From contig JAATFQ010000158.1 in assembly GCA_015655115.1 (NCBI GenBank), positions 2,183 to 66,182 on the forward strand: 64,000 bases of DNA. The letters are read 5' to 3'. The stretch comes from Sphingobacteriales bacterium. GTDB taxonomy: Bacteria; Bacteroidota; Bacteroidia; Sphingobacteriales; Sphingobacteriaceae. The translations under genes were made by a program, and so were the position numbers. The notes under the pieces were generated by a model, which was given only the letters and a program-made list of their open reading frames with translations, had not been told where the DNA came from and ran no database searches. Numbering within the stretch: the first letter of the stretch is position 1; each line of letters opens with the position of its first letter. Of this stretch, positions 47,201 through 57,395 are shown piece by piece.

Positions 47201-47234
47201 AAAAGAGGGATAAATTTTATCCCTCTTTTTTTTT
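47201..47234 (+). terminator. Intrinsic terminator
   Basis: AAAAGAGGGATAA / TTATCCCTCTTTT followed by a long T run. Confidence 0.75.
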
Positions 47235-47267
47235 GTATAAATTTGCATGGAGCTTAAACCTATATAT

Positions 47268-48416
47268 ATGATTGATAAGAGATACTTCTTTCCTGCAGCC
47301 CTTATACTGTTACTGAATATAAATTCTGCCACCGCACAGAAAACACAAATGCAAATAGCCAGGAACAGTGTAGGCAAGCTTCGTGTCGCTATAGCAAATA
47401 AGCAGGACGAGAAAACACAGCTGACAATACTAGGGGAGGGTATTAAAGCAAGTGAGTCAGCAGAAAAAGATAAGACGACAAGAAAATGGCCCGAAACGTG
47501 GGCAATAAAGTCTTATTTAAGCTCATACATTTCTATTCTTGATCCCAATGAGTCTAATTCTGATAAATACTATGAGCTGGCATTACAGGCACTTGACTCG
47601 GCAAACAGGTTTGATAAATTTGAAGACAATTCCGGACTGATTGCGGCGTCTAATTACAATATAAATATCAAAAAACAGCAAAAAGGAAATGCTGCTTTTG
47701 CTGCAAATAACTTTCAGGCTGCTTTTGACTATCTTAAACAGGTGAGTGACTTCTTTCCAAATGACAGTACATTGGCCGTAAATACTGCAATGAGTGCTGA
47801 AGCGCTTAAAAAAGATAATGAAGCACTATACTATTTTAAACGTGCAAAAGACAATGGTATGAGAAATCCTGCGCTTTTTCAAAAGATGTCTGCCATTTAC
47901 ACCAGTAAACTGGAACACCCAGAGGCGATTAGAATTATCGAGGAAGGCAGGCGCATAAATCCTTACAGTACATTACTGACAAATAATTATATCAACCTTT
48001 TGCTGGATAACGAACGTTATAATGAAGCTAAAATGGTGATTGAAAATACACTTAAAGTGGAAACCCGCGATAAGCTGCTTTATTATCTGTATGGTTATCT
48101 GAACCAAAAGAATACTAATCTGGGAACTGCTGAGCTTGCTTATAATAAATCTATTGAACTTGATAAAAACTATTTCGATGCACTGTATCAATTAGGCCTG
48201 GTATATATTAATGTGGGTAATCAATCTTTAAGTGATGCTGATAAGGATGTATCGAAATTCTCGTCTTCACTAAACAGAGCTGAAGTTATTCTGTTGCGTG
48301 CACATGATATCAAAAAGAAAGATAAACAAACGATTAATTTGTTGATTGATATTTATACGCTGAAAAACAGGTATGACAAGGTACAGGAGCTAAGAGCACA
48401 ATTGGACGAATTCTAG
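47268..48416 (+). CDS. Tetratricopeptide repeat protein (exported)
   Basis: TPR-like repeats ('AYNKSIELDKNYFDALYQLG'). A TAAATTTG -7 element at 47238-47245 favours the ATG at 47268 over 47247. Confidence 0.8.
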   Translation: MIDKRYFFPAALILLLNINSATAQKTQMQIARNSVGKLRVAIANKQDEKTQLTILGEGIKASESAEKDKTTRKWPETWAIKSYLSSYISILDPNESNSDKYYELALQALDSANRFDKFEDNSGLIAASNYNINIKKQQKGNAAFAANNFQAAFDYLKQVSDFFPNDSTLAVNTAMSAEALKKDNEALYYFKRAKDNGMRNPALFQKMSAIYTSKLEHPEAIRIIEEGRRINPYSTLLTNNYINLLLDNERYNEAKMVIENTLKVETRDKLLYYLYGYLNQKNTNLGTAELAYNKSIELDKNYFDALYQLGLVYINVGNQSLSDADKDVSKFSSSLNRAEVILLRAHDIKKKDKQTINLLIDIYTLKNRYDKVQELRAQLDEF

Positions 48417-48651
48417 CCTTATTAATCCATCTTTTCTTGCCTGTGAATTAGTATAGAGCAGGTGAGTATAATCATGTACTTAACATAATGTTAATTATGA
48501 CGTATATTATTATTAATTTATATTATGTGACATTTGATGGTATATTTGTTTGTATTGGTCAGGTTATTGATGATTAAAAGAATAATCTGTTTTGATAAAA
48601 GGAATAAAGGAATAACTGGTTTTTAACCTCTTAAATCGTCGTTTATAAAAA

Positions 48652-50811
48652 ATGCTAGATCGTCCCATTAGAAATATTCAGGATTTTTTGCTAAGTACGT
48701 ATTTTGCTGACGGACTTAGAATCACACTTGGCGTCGTATTTCCTTCGTTAGTCCTTGCACAGTTCGGAATGCTTAAATTTGGAATGACACTGTCTTTAGG
48801 TGCACTATGTGTGAGTGTTGTTGATTCACCGGGACCTATTATACACCGCAGAAATGCGATGCTGATTACAACAGCACTGATTACGCTGATTTCGTTACTG
48901 GTTGGATTAACTAATAAGAATCCTTATTTTATTGGTGTTTTGCTGGTGATATTCAGTTTCTTTTTCTCCATGTTTTTCTTATACGGAAACCGTGCTGCCT
49001 CTGTGGGCACTGCTGTATTGCTGGTCATGGTACTGAGTATTGATGATATCCGGCCCTGGAAGGATGTCCTGGTGTATTCTATGCTTGTTTTCTGTGGTAG
49101 TGTTTGGTATACTTGTCTTAGCTATTTTTTCTATCGTCTACGCCCATTCCGCATCGTTCAGCAAACATTAAGCGATTCTATTCAGGAAGTAAGTGAATTT
49201 CTCCGTGCAAAAGCGAAATTCTACCATTCCCATCTTAATTATGATGATAACTATGCTGATCTGCTGCAATTGCAGGTACAGGTACACGAAAAACTCGATG
49301 CTGTACGTGAGGTTCTGTTTAAGACCAGGGAATTTGTAAGGGATTCAACTCCCGAAGGCCGCTTTTTACTGGTAGTATTTGTAGATATGGTTGACCTTTA
49401 TGAGCAGGTAATGTCTACTTATTACAATTATCAGCGTCTTCATGAACAGTTTGATACTATTGGTATTTTATCCCGTTATGGGATGGTCATCTCCAGGATT
49501 GCTATAGAGCTGGATGAAATCGCTTTTGCCCTGAAAACGGGTGGTACCCCTCGCCCACCTACAACCTTAATAGCAGAGGTTGCTGAGCTTAGACAGGAGA
49601 TACTGACCCTGGAAAAGGAAAATACAGATGGGAAATATAATACCCTGGGTATTATAGCTTTGAAGAATATCGAAGTTAACATTGAGAATATCCTCGCCAG
49701 GGTTAAAACAATTAATGGTTATTTCAATAAAAAAGTGAAAAAGCATCTTAAGGATGAAAAATTGGATACTGAGCGCTTTATTTCGAGGCAAACCATTGAT
49801 ATTAAGCTGATGTTTGAAAATATAACCTTCAGCTCTACTACATTCAGGCACTCCATAAGAGTAGCAATTGTAATGCTTTTAGGTTTCCTTGTAGCAAGAC
49901 TGATGAATTCTACACATAGCTATTGGATTCTGCTCACCATTCTGGTGATTTCAAAGCCGGGCTTTGCACTGACTAAAGAACGCAATTACCAGCGACTGAT
50001 TGGTACTGTAATTGGTGCCTTTGTAGGTATGGGAATTTTGGTATTTGTTGAGGATAAAAATTCGCTCTTCGTTATTTTGATAGTCTGTATGATTTGTGCT
50101 TATAGTTTCCAGCGCAAAAATTATGTAGTCAGCGTTCTTTTTATGACCCCATATGTTCTTGTTCTATTTGATTTTCTGGGTATGGGAAGCTTATCTATAG
50201 CCAAGGAAAGAATCTATGATACCTTGATAGGCTCAGGTATTGCCTTGCTTGGAAGCTATACTTTATTCCCAAATTGGGAACACATAAACCTTAAAGACGC
50301 AATGCTGAAAACACTGCATGCTAATCTTAATTATTTTGAGCAAGTAACTAATCTTTATTTTAAGAATAACTATGACCTTACCAACTATAAAGTTGCACGA
50401 AGGGACGTTTATGTAGCGACGGCGAATTTGGCTTCTTTATTTCAGAGGATGTTTTCTGAACCTAAAAGCAAACAGGTGCTGATGAAAGAAATGCATCAGT
50501 TTACAGCATTGAACCACCTTCTTTCTTCTTATATAGCTACTCTTTCACTTTATAATAAGGAACACTCTTTTGTAATGTCGAACCTGGAATCATTAAAGCC
50601 AGTCATAAATAATACGATTTATCTGCTGAACCTTTCTTCGCAATTCCTGGAGAAAAATAATCAAGAGGAGAACAATGTCCCTTTGGTAAAAACTTCGGAA
50701 TCAGGTACGAAAAATATAAATGCTGATGAAACGCTGATTATTGAGCAGTTTGATATGATCCAGAAAGTGGCATATGATATTTTTAAGCTTACTGAGAAGA
50801 TTAAACTGTAG
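48652..50811 (+). CDS. FUSC/YccS family membrane protein
   Basis: N- and C-terminal TM bundles, 'FRHSIR', 'YWILLT...KP....T..R..QRL.GT' and 'RI.DTLIG'. Confidence 0.88.
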   Translation: MLDRPIRNIQDFLLSTYFADGLRITLGVVFPSLVLAQFGMLKFGMTLSLGALCVSVVDSPGPIIHRRNAMLITTALITLISLLVGLTNKNPYFIGVLLVIFSFFFSMFFLYGNRAASVGTAVLLVMVLSIDDIRPWKDVLVYSMLVFCGSVWYTCLSYFFYRLRPFRIVQQTLSDSIQEVSEFLRAKAKFYHSHLNYDDNYADLLQLQVQVHEKLDAVREVLFKTREFVRDSTPEGRFLLVVFVDMVDLYEQVMSTYYNYQRLHEQFDTIGILSRYGMVISRIAIELDEIAFALKTGGTPRPPTTLIAEVAELRQEILTLEKENTDGKYNTLGIIALKNIEVNIENILARVKTINGYFNKKVKKHLKDEKLDTERFISRQTIDIKLMFENITFSSTTFRHSIRVAIVMLLGFLVARLMNSTHSYWILLTILVISKPGFALTKERNYQRLIGTVIGAFVGMGILVFVEDKNSLFVILIVCMICAYSFQRKNYVVSVLFMTPYVLVLFDFLGMGSLSIAKERIYDTLIGSGIALLGSYTLFPNWEHINLKDAMLKTLHANLNYFEQVTNLYFKNNYDLTNYKVARRDVYVATANLASLFQRMFSEPKSKQVLMKEMHQFTALNHLLSSYIATLSLYNKEHSFVMSNLESLKPVINNTIYLLNLSSQFLEKNNQEENNVPLVKTSESGTKNINADETLIIEQFDMIQKVAYDIFKLTEKIKL

Positions 50812-50871
50812 AATAATCAAACTATACAATGATTAACCTATAAAATGATTAAGACGTTAATTAATGGACCG

Positions 50872-52221
50872 TTAAAGTAATAACTTGCTCGCAAGGCCCA
50901 ATAAAAGTAAAAAGCCAAAAACATCTGTAAATGTGGTTATGATGATTGAGGAGGCAATTGCCGGATCTATTCCTACCCTTTTAAGGATTAACGGGATCCC
51001 CGCTCCTGTTACTCCGGCAATCAACAAATTCCCCGTCATAGCCAGAAAAATAACTACACCAAGCAATGGGTTTTTATCGAAAAAGAGAGAGAAGACGAGT
51101 ACGATCAGGCCCGTTACTGCACCATTGATTAAACCGACAGTGAACTCTTTCAGAATTGCTCTGTAAGCCTGGTTGTCTGTAAGATCATATAAAGATATAC
51201 GCCTGACAGTAACAGCTAACGCCTGAGTTGCTGCATTTCCTCCCATTCCTGCAATGATAACCATGTAAGCCGATAATACAGCTATACTTTTCAATGCAGG
51301 CTCATAATACCTTACAACCGACGAAGCAAGAAATGCGGTCGCTAAATTTATAATTAACCAGGGTAAACGTGATTTTACAGCTTCAATCCAATTACCGCTC
51401 AGTTCTTCATCCTCCGATACTCCTGATATTTTCAGGAAATCTTCGGTGTTTTCATCTTCCAGTACGTCGATCACGTCATCAAATGTAACCCTTCCGAGCA
51501 GTTTCATGTCCTTGTCCAGTACCGGTATACTGGTAATGTTATATTGAGAGATTAATCTTGCTACTTCTTCCTGGTCCGTATCGGGGCCTACCCAGGCCAC
51601 ATCAGTTTTGACAAGGCTTGTGATCTCTACATTTCCCTTTGCTTTGATGATATCTTTTAAGGATACAATGCCTTGAAATACATTTTCGTCATCGATCACA
51701 AAAATAGTATAGAATTCTTCGATTTCCTCGCTCTGACGAATGATTTCATCAATGGCATCTTTCTTTTTCAGATGCAGATGGATCCTGATAAACTCCGTGT
51801 TCATCAGTCCGCCGGCAGTATCCTCATCGTAGCTCAGCAGGTTCCTGATATGTGAAGCATCATCTTCACTCAGATCCCCAAGGATCTCTTTTTGCTCGTG
51901 TTCCTCTAATTGCGAGATAATATCTGTAGCATCATCATAGTCGAGCTCCTCTACAATTTCGGTTCGTTTATCCGGGTGTAGCTGTAGCAGGAGCTCCTCG
52001 GGATGTGCTTCTTCGTGCATCTCTGATATAATCTCAGAGGCAATTTCTACAGGAAGAAGATTGATTATCCGCTGCCTGTCTTCTTTAGTAAGGCTTTCGA
52101 ACAGGATGGCAATTTCAGACGCATGATATTCTTCCAGTATGAATGATAGCTGGTTATCGCTGCCACTAAGTGCTAGTTTGAGTTTGGAAACATCTGATTT
52201 ATCAAGTTCGAAAGATTGCAT
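50872..52221 (-). CDS. mgtE: Magnesium transporter MgtE
   Basis: MgtE N-domain, CBS pair ('TAGGLMN'), 'RLPWL', 'GMGGN' and 'DPA...TT.TD'. Confidence 0.95.
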   Translation of the reverse strand: MQSFELDKSDVSKLKLALSGSDNQLSFILEEYHASEIAILFESLTKEDRQRIINLLPVEIASEIISEMHEEAHPEELLLQLHPDKRTEIVEELDYDDATDIISQLEEHEQKEILGDLSEDDASHIRNLLSYDEDTAGGLMNTEFIRIHLHLKKKDAIDEIIRQSEEIEEFYTIFVIDDENVFQGIVSLKDIIKAKGNVEITSLVKTDVAWVGPDTDQEEVARLISQYNITSIPVLDKDMKLLGRVTFDDVIDVLEDENTEDFLKISGVSEDEELSGNWIEAVKSRLPWLIINLATAFLASSVVRYYEPALKSIAVLSAYMVIIAGMGGNAATQALAVTVRRISLYDLTDNQAYRAILKEFTVGLINGAVTGLIVLVFSLFFDKNPLLGVVIFLAMTGNLLIAGVTGAGIPLILKRVGIDPAIASSIIITTFTDVFGFLLLLGLASKLLL

Positions 52222-52266
52222 GCAGCGCTAAGGTAAGGATATTTTCCTTTTTAACCCCTCTTATAT

Positions 52267-53382
52267 CTACTTAAACCAACCTTTTCGCCAAAAATATATC
52301 ACCTGGGCAATGGCTATTACCAGCATAATAATCATTGTATACAAATAACCATGTGCCTGGTAGAGTTCTGGCATGTTATATGGCATCAGCTTTCCCGTTA
52401 CCGGGTCTTGTTTAGCAAAGTTCATCCCATATATACCGGCAATAAATGTCAGAGGAATAAAAATCGAAGATATGATGGTCAGCACTTTCATGATCTCGTT
52501 CATTCTGTTGCTGATGATTGACAAGTACATGTCGATATTACTTGCTGAAATTTCTTTTAATGATTCTACCAGGTCTATAATCTGAATACAATGATCGTAG
52601 GCATCACGGATATACAGTTTGGTCTGGTCCGTAATCAAGGGACTGTCGCTGCGCAGCATATCATTTAATTTATCTCTTTCTGGCCATGCTACCCTTCTGA
52701 TATTAATCAGGTTCCTTTTAATCAGCTGAGTGTCGTACATGATAGATTTATCAGGTTTTTCCAGCAGTCTGTCCTCAATAACGTCCAGCTCTTCGCTCCA
52801 TTTACCAAGAATTTCAAAGTATGTGTCTACGATGACATCCATGATGGTGTACATAATATAACTGCTTCCCGTAACCCTGATATTGCCTTTCCCTGCCTTA
52901 AGCCGTACCCTAACGGCATCCAGGCAATCTTCATAAGTATCCTGGAAGGTGATCAGTGTATTGTCGGTAAGAATAAAAGCAATCTGGTCATTTTCGAGGT
53001 TCTGTTCTCCATCAAGAAATAGCATGCGGCTTACGGCAAATACATAGTTCTCGTATTCTTCCATTTTTGGCCTCTGGTAAGTCCTTGTTATATCTTCGAG
53101 CACGAGCTTATTGATATTCAGCTGTGTGTTTAAAGTCTCAAATAATGCAGGTGAAGAAAATCCCTGAATTTCAACCCAGAAAGTAAACGTTTTGTCGGCT
53201 GTAAGCTGTACAATGTTGCTAATATTCTCTAACGCTTTTACTTCATAGCTATTTGCATTAAAACGATGCAATTTAATCTTCGGTTTGAGGGAATTTTCGT
53301 CAATATAGATTAGGCCGGGACTTGTTCCTGCTTTAGGCAGAATATATTTTTTCTTCTTTTTCTTCAGTCTGCTTTTATCCAT
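52267..53382 (-). CDS. corA: Magnesium/cobalt transporter CorA
   Basis: 'QRPK.EEY' and 'MNEIMK.LT...FIPLTFI.GIYGMNF'. Confidence 0.95.
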   Translation of the reverse strand: MDKSRLKKKKKKYILPKAGTSPGLIYIDENSLKPKIKLHRFNANSYEVKALENISNIVQLTADKTFTFWVEIQGFSSPALFETLNTQLNINKLVLEDITRTYQRPKMEEYENYVFAVSRMLFLDGEQNLENDQIAFILTDNTLITFQDTYEDCLDAVRVRLKAGKGNIRVTGSSYIMYTIMDVIVDTYFEILGKWSEELDVIEDRLLEKPDKSIMYDTQLIKRNLINIRRVAWPERDKLNDMLRSDSPLITDQTKLYIRDAYDHCIQIIDLVESLKEISASNIDMYLSIISNRMNEIMKVLTIISSIFIPLTFIAGIYGMNFAKQDPVTGKLMPYNMPELYQAHGYLYTMIIMLVIAIAQVIYFWRKGWFK

Positions 53383-53385
53383 TCT

Positions 53386-53997
53386 TTACAGGTAGTGCTT
53401 CGCTTGTGGCCCTTGATTAAATAACAAATCAATGATGCTCAGGTTTGGTAAAAAACCATTTCTGTCTTCAAATACCTGAAAGTATGGTTTTGCGGGAGCG
53501 GTATATTCCGGGCTTTTAAAATGAAGCTTAGTTCTGAAATCCAGTTCGCCTGGAATTTCTTTGCTATATTCAGTTGTGAAGTTGAGTGCCGGAGCCTTTT
53601 TCAGTTGCTTTAATATCCATTGAAAGATCTCCAGATTGTAATCAAAAAGATAATCATACTTATTTTCATAGAATGGCTTAAACTCGTCTTCATAGTATTC
53701 AAAGTAAGCGGAGTTACGGTAACAGCTTTCAATGCTTAGCCAATGCAGGCGCTGCCACTTAAAATCATAGCTGATCTTGACATCTTTGACTTTAGTATGG
53801 AATTTTGACCCTTTTATCACAGGAATAAAAAGATCAAGATTCCCATTTGGAGAATATATCCTTGCTCTGTTGCGATAGGTCTGCTTTGGGAAGTGTTCTT
53901 CTTTCTCTAGTATGAATTCAAAATTGTTATCATTTAAGGCAGAAAAATAACTTACTGGCGGAAGATAAAAAAGTGGAAAAATTGCTGAACTGTGCAT
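53386..53997 (-). CDS. WbqC family protein
   Basis: 'KQTYRNR..I', 'HW.SI...Y..S.YFEYY' and 'NLSIIDLLFN.GP'. Confidence 0.88.
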   Translation of the reverse strand: MHSSAIFPLFYLPPVSYFSALNDNNFEFILEKEEHFPKQTYRNRARIYSPNGNLDLFIPVIKGSKFHTKVKDVKISYDFKWQRLHWLSIESCYRNSAYFEYYEDEFKPFYENKYDYLFDYNLEIFQWILKQLKKAPALNFTTEYSKEIPGELDFRTKLHFKSPEYTAPAKPYFQVFEDRNGFLPNLSIIDLLFNQGPQAKHYL

Positions 53998-54063
53998 TGG
54001 TTAATTTATGTTTGCATTCTCAATGCGGCAAAATAGCCATAAAAAAAATGTTTTTCTTAATAG

Positions 54064-55104
54064 ATGTCAATTTTAAATAATGTAATATCAGCACCATCAG
54101 TGGCTGTAGTCATACTCAACTGGAATGGGAAAGACTTATTGTCCCGTTTTTTACCCAGTGTAATTAAAACGAACTATAGCAATCTACAGCTCATAGTTGG
54201 AGACAATGGCTCAACAGATAGCTCCGTAGCTTTTGTCAGGGAACACTTCCCTCAGGTTACCCTCATCTGTAATGATCAGAATTATGGATTCGCTGAAGGG
54301 TACAACAGGGTATTGGAGCAGGTAAAGGCTGATTATTACATTTTATTAAATTCTGATGTGGAAGTTCCGGAAAATTGGATCCAGCCAGTAATCGATAGTA
54401 TGGAGTCCGATGTACAGATTGCTGCTGCACAGCCAAAGATTAAGTGGCAGGCAGACAAATCGAAATTTGAATATGCCGGGGCTGCCGGAGGATTTATGGA
54501 CCGGAATGCTTTTCCTTTTTGTCGCGGCCGCATTTTTGACACGGCGGAGACAGACCTTGGCCAATATAATGATGTAAAAGAAATATTTTGGGCAAGTGGG
54601 GCTGCATTTTTCATCAGGAGTAAGCAATGGGAGGAAGTCGGTGGATTAGATCCGGACTTATTTGCTCATATGGAAGAAATAGATCTGTGCTGGCGCTTAA
54701 AAAACGTAGGGTACAAAGTGATATATTGCCCTGATGCTGAAGTGTACCATTTAGGCGCCGGGACACTCAATGCGGGAAATCCGCATAAAGTGTTTTTGAA
54801 TTTCAGGAATAACCTGATAATTATGCAGAAGAATCTTTCTGGTTTTGAAGCTGTACTTGGTATCAGCCTGCGAATGTGCCTGGACTTTATTGCCTTGCTG
54901 CAGTTCCTGCTCAAGGGAGAAACAAAATTTGCAGCCGCAGTAAATAAGGCTCATGTCCATTTTATTAAATCCATTAGAAAAACTGCAAGGAAAAAAACGG
55001 GCAAACAAATGCCCTTTTTACAACATACAGGTGTTTATCACTCCAGTATTGTATGGGCATTTTTCATTAAAGGAATCAAAAAATTTAGTCAGCTTAAATT
55101 TTAA
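54064..55104 (+). CDS. Glycosyltransferase family 2 (rhamnosyltransferase-like)
   Basis: 'VILNWNG', 'DNGSTD', 'LLNSD' and 'FAHMEEIDLCWR'. Confidence 0.9.
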   Translation: MSILNNVISAPSVAVVILNWNGKDLLSRFLPSVIKTNYSNLQLIVGDNGSTDSSVAFVREHFPQVTLICNDQNYGFAEGYNRVLEQVKADYYILLNSDVEVPENWIQPVIDSMESDVQIAAAQPKIKWQADKSKFEYAGAAGGFMDRNAFPFCRGRIFDTAETDLGQYNDVKEIFWASGAAFFIRSKQWEEVGGLDPDLFAHMEEIDLCWRLKNVGYKVIYCPDAEVYHLGAGTLNAGNPHKVFLNFRNNLIIMQKNLSGFEAVLGISLRMCLDFIALLQFLLKGETKFAAAVNKAHVHFIKSIRKTARKKTGKQMPFLQHTGVYHSSIVWAFFIKGIKKFSQLKF

Positions 55105-55513
55105 TCAGGCTTTCTACTGCTAAACGGTAGCCATCCATTCCAAATCCTGTTAGTACGCCTTTACAGTTTTTCCCTGTCAGGGACACATGGCGGAATTCTT
55201 CACGCGCGTAGATATTGGATACGTGGACTTCTACAACAGGGGTTTTGATAGCTGCAATAGCATCGGCAAGGGCCACAGAAGTGTGGGTGTACCCACCAGC
55301 ATTCAGGATGATCCCATCAAATGAAAAACCTGTTTCATGTAGTTTATTGATGAGCTCCCCTTCTACATTACTTTGGTAATAAGTGATAGTTATAGATGGG
55401 TATTGTTCTTTCAGGAGCTTAAAATAGTCCTCAAAACCCATATTTCCATATACCCCTGGTTCACGGATGCCTAATAGATTTAAATTTGGCCCATTAATTA
55501 TTTGTATCTTCAT
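55094..55513 (-). CDS. aroQ: Type II 3-dehydroquinate dehydratase
   Basis: NGPNLNLLG.REP..YG, THTS and EVHVSN..ARE.FRH motifs. True start at 55513. Confidence 0.96.
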   Translation of the reverse strand: MKIQIINGPNLNLLGIREPGVYGNMGFEDYFKLLKEQYPSITITYYQSNVEGELINKLHETGFSFDGIILNAGGYTHTSVALADAIAAIKTPVVEVHVSNIYAREEFRHVSLTGKNCKGVLTGFGMDGYRLAVESLIKI

Positions 55514-55556
55514 CGTTTCAAACATAGACTTAAAAACTAACAAATTCAATTTTTGT

Positions 55557-56456
55557 GTGCTAAAATATTCATATTTAAAAGAGTTCAAAACATACCTGAC
55601 ACTAGAGCGCGGGCTTTCAGACAATTCTGTGGAAGCTTATTTAAATGATATCAATAAGCTGATACAGTATTATGAAGCAAAGGCAATGGAAATTGGCGTA
55701 GACAGTATTGATCACGATAGTTTAGTGGGTTTCATCTCCTGGATAAATGAACTGGGCATGCTCTCCAATACTCAGGCAAGGGTAATATCCGGATTAAAAG
55801 CTTATTTCAGTTACCTGATGATGGAAAATGTGATACATGAGGATCCATCTGCCCTATTGGAAACCCCTAAGTTAAGCCGTAAGCTTCCAGACGTACTTAA
55901 TCTGATTGAGATCAATGCGCTGATTGATGCCATTGATGCTTCAAAGCCTGAAGGCATGAGGAACAAGGCTATTCTTGAGCTATTATATGGATGCGGATTG
56001 AGGGTTACAGAGCTGGTATCCCTCAGGATTTCTGACCTGCATATGCAGCAGGAATATATCAAAGTGATTGGTAAGGGCAACAAAGAGCGTATTATTCCAA
56101 TTGGGGAAACAGCCTTGAAATTTATTGGGATTTATCTCAATGAAATCAGGGTACACCTGGATATTAAAAAGGGAAATGAAGATTATATATTTCTGAACCG
56201 TTCAGGTACCCAGCTATCCAGAATATCTGTTTTTACAATGATAAAGGCACTTGCAGAAAAGACAGGTTTAAAAAAAAGCATCAGTCCCCATACTTTTAGA
56301 CATTCCTTCGCTACGCATTTGATTGAAGGTGGTGCTGATTTACGTGCAGTACAGGAAATGCTCGGACATTCCAGTATTACTACTACAGAAATTTATACGC
56401 ATTTGGACAGGGAATACCTTCAGGGAATAATTACTCAGTTCCATTCCAGGATGTGA
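55557..56456 (+). CDS. xerD: Tyrosine recombinase XerD
   Basis: 'LELLYGCGLRVTEL', 'GKGNKER', 'SPHTFRHSFATHL' and 'LGHSSITTTEIY'. GTG start inferred. Confidence 0.9.
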   Translation: MLKYSYLKEFKTYLTLERGLSDNSVEAYLNDINKLIQYYEAKAMEIGVDSIDHDSLVGFISWINELGMLSNTQARVISGLKAYFSYLMMENVIHEDPSALLETPKLSRKLPDVLNLIEINALIDAIDASKPEGMRNKAILELLYGCGLRVTELVSLRISDLHMQQEYIKVIGKGNKERIIPIGETALKFIGIYLNEIRVHLDIKKGNEDYIFLNRSGTQLSRISVFTMIKALAEKTGLKKSISPHTFRHSFATHLIEGGADLRAVQEMLGHSSITTTEIYTHLDREYLQGIITQFHSRM

Positions 56457-57311
56457 TCAGTCTGGTAAACCGCAACAGATCATCCTGTCTTTCCCTTGCA
56501 TATCTTTTTTTAGCTGTACATTACTAAACCCTTTACTTTTCAGCATGGCTACAGTCTCTCTTCCCAGCGCCGCGTTAATTTCAAAAAAAAGCTTTCCATC
56601 GGAATTTAAATGGTAGAGGGCAAACTCTGCTATGGCCTCATAGAATACCAGCGGTTGTTCATTGCTCACAAACAAGGCGAGGTGTGGTTCATACTCCATG
56701 ACCTGCCTTGCCATATCAACCTGCTCATTCTCCTTTATATACGGGGGATTGCTCACAATTATATCATATTTGATATCGCTGGTGTAAGTAAGAATATCGG
56801 AATTAATAAAAGTAATCGGGGTTTCATTTAAGTCTGCATTTCCCTGTGCAGTGAGCAGTGCAGCTGCGGAGACGTCCAGTGCAGAAACCTCTATATCTTT
56901 TAATTGTTTTTTTAATACTATTGGAATACAGCCGCTTCCGGTACCGATATCAAGTATTGATTTGAAATCAGCAGGATGAGCAGCAACCGTAGTCAAAATC
57001 CATTCTACCAGCTCTTCGGTTTCAGGGCGCGGAATGAGCACATCCTGATTAACTTTAAAGGTAAGCCCATAAAATACTGTCTCGCCAAGTATATACTGAA
57101 GCGGCTTCCCTGTCTTCAGTTCTGCTATTATTTTTGTATAGGCAGATAGCTTTTCCTCACTGACTATCAGATCTTTATTCATTAATACAAAGCCTCTTCC
57201 CCAACCGTCAAAATGATCCGTAAGGATATAAAATACAGCACTTGATTCTTCAGCATTATCAATTGATGCCGTTTCACTGATAAAGTATTGCTGCAGTTGT
57301 CTAAGATTCAT
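56457..57311 (-). CDS. prmC: Release factor glutamine methyltransferase
   Basis: 'PLQYILG', 'VLIPRPETEELV', 'DIGTGSG' and 'SNPPY'. Confidence 0.96.
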   Translation of the reverse strand: MNLRQLQQYFISETASIDNAEESSAVFYILTDHFDGWGRGFVLMNKDLIVSEEKLSAYTKIIAELKTGKPLQYILGETVFYGLTFKVNQDVLIPRPETEELVEWILTTVAAHPADFKSILDIGTGSGCIPIVLKKQLKDIEVSALDVSAAALLTAQGNADLNETPITFINSDILTYTSDIKYDIIVSNPPYIKENEQVDMARQVMEYEPHLALFVSNEQPLVFYEAIAEFALYHLNSDGKLFFEINAALGRETVAMLKSKGFSNVQLKKDMQGKDRMICCGLPD

Positions 57312-57395
57312 CTTTGACAAAAGTAATTATTTATTTGCACCTCTATTGCTTTAATATATTTCAGCATCTCACAAATTGCAGCTATTTTTGTCGGC

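Noticed and set aside
55557-56456. Tyrosine recombinase as a prophage or island integrase
   Set aside because: It has XerD-type size and motifs and housekeeping neighbours (aroQ, prmC, ribD), with no att site, tRNA or phage genes.
57312-57395. FMN riboswitch upstream of ribD
   Set aside because: The gap is only about 84 bp, is shared with divergent prmC and has no RFN-element motifs.
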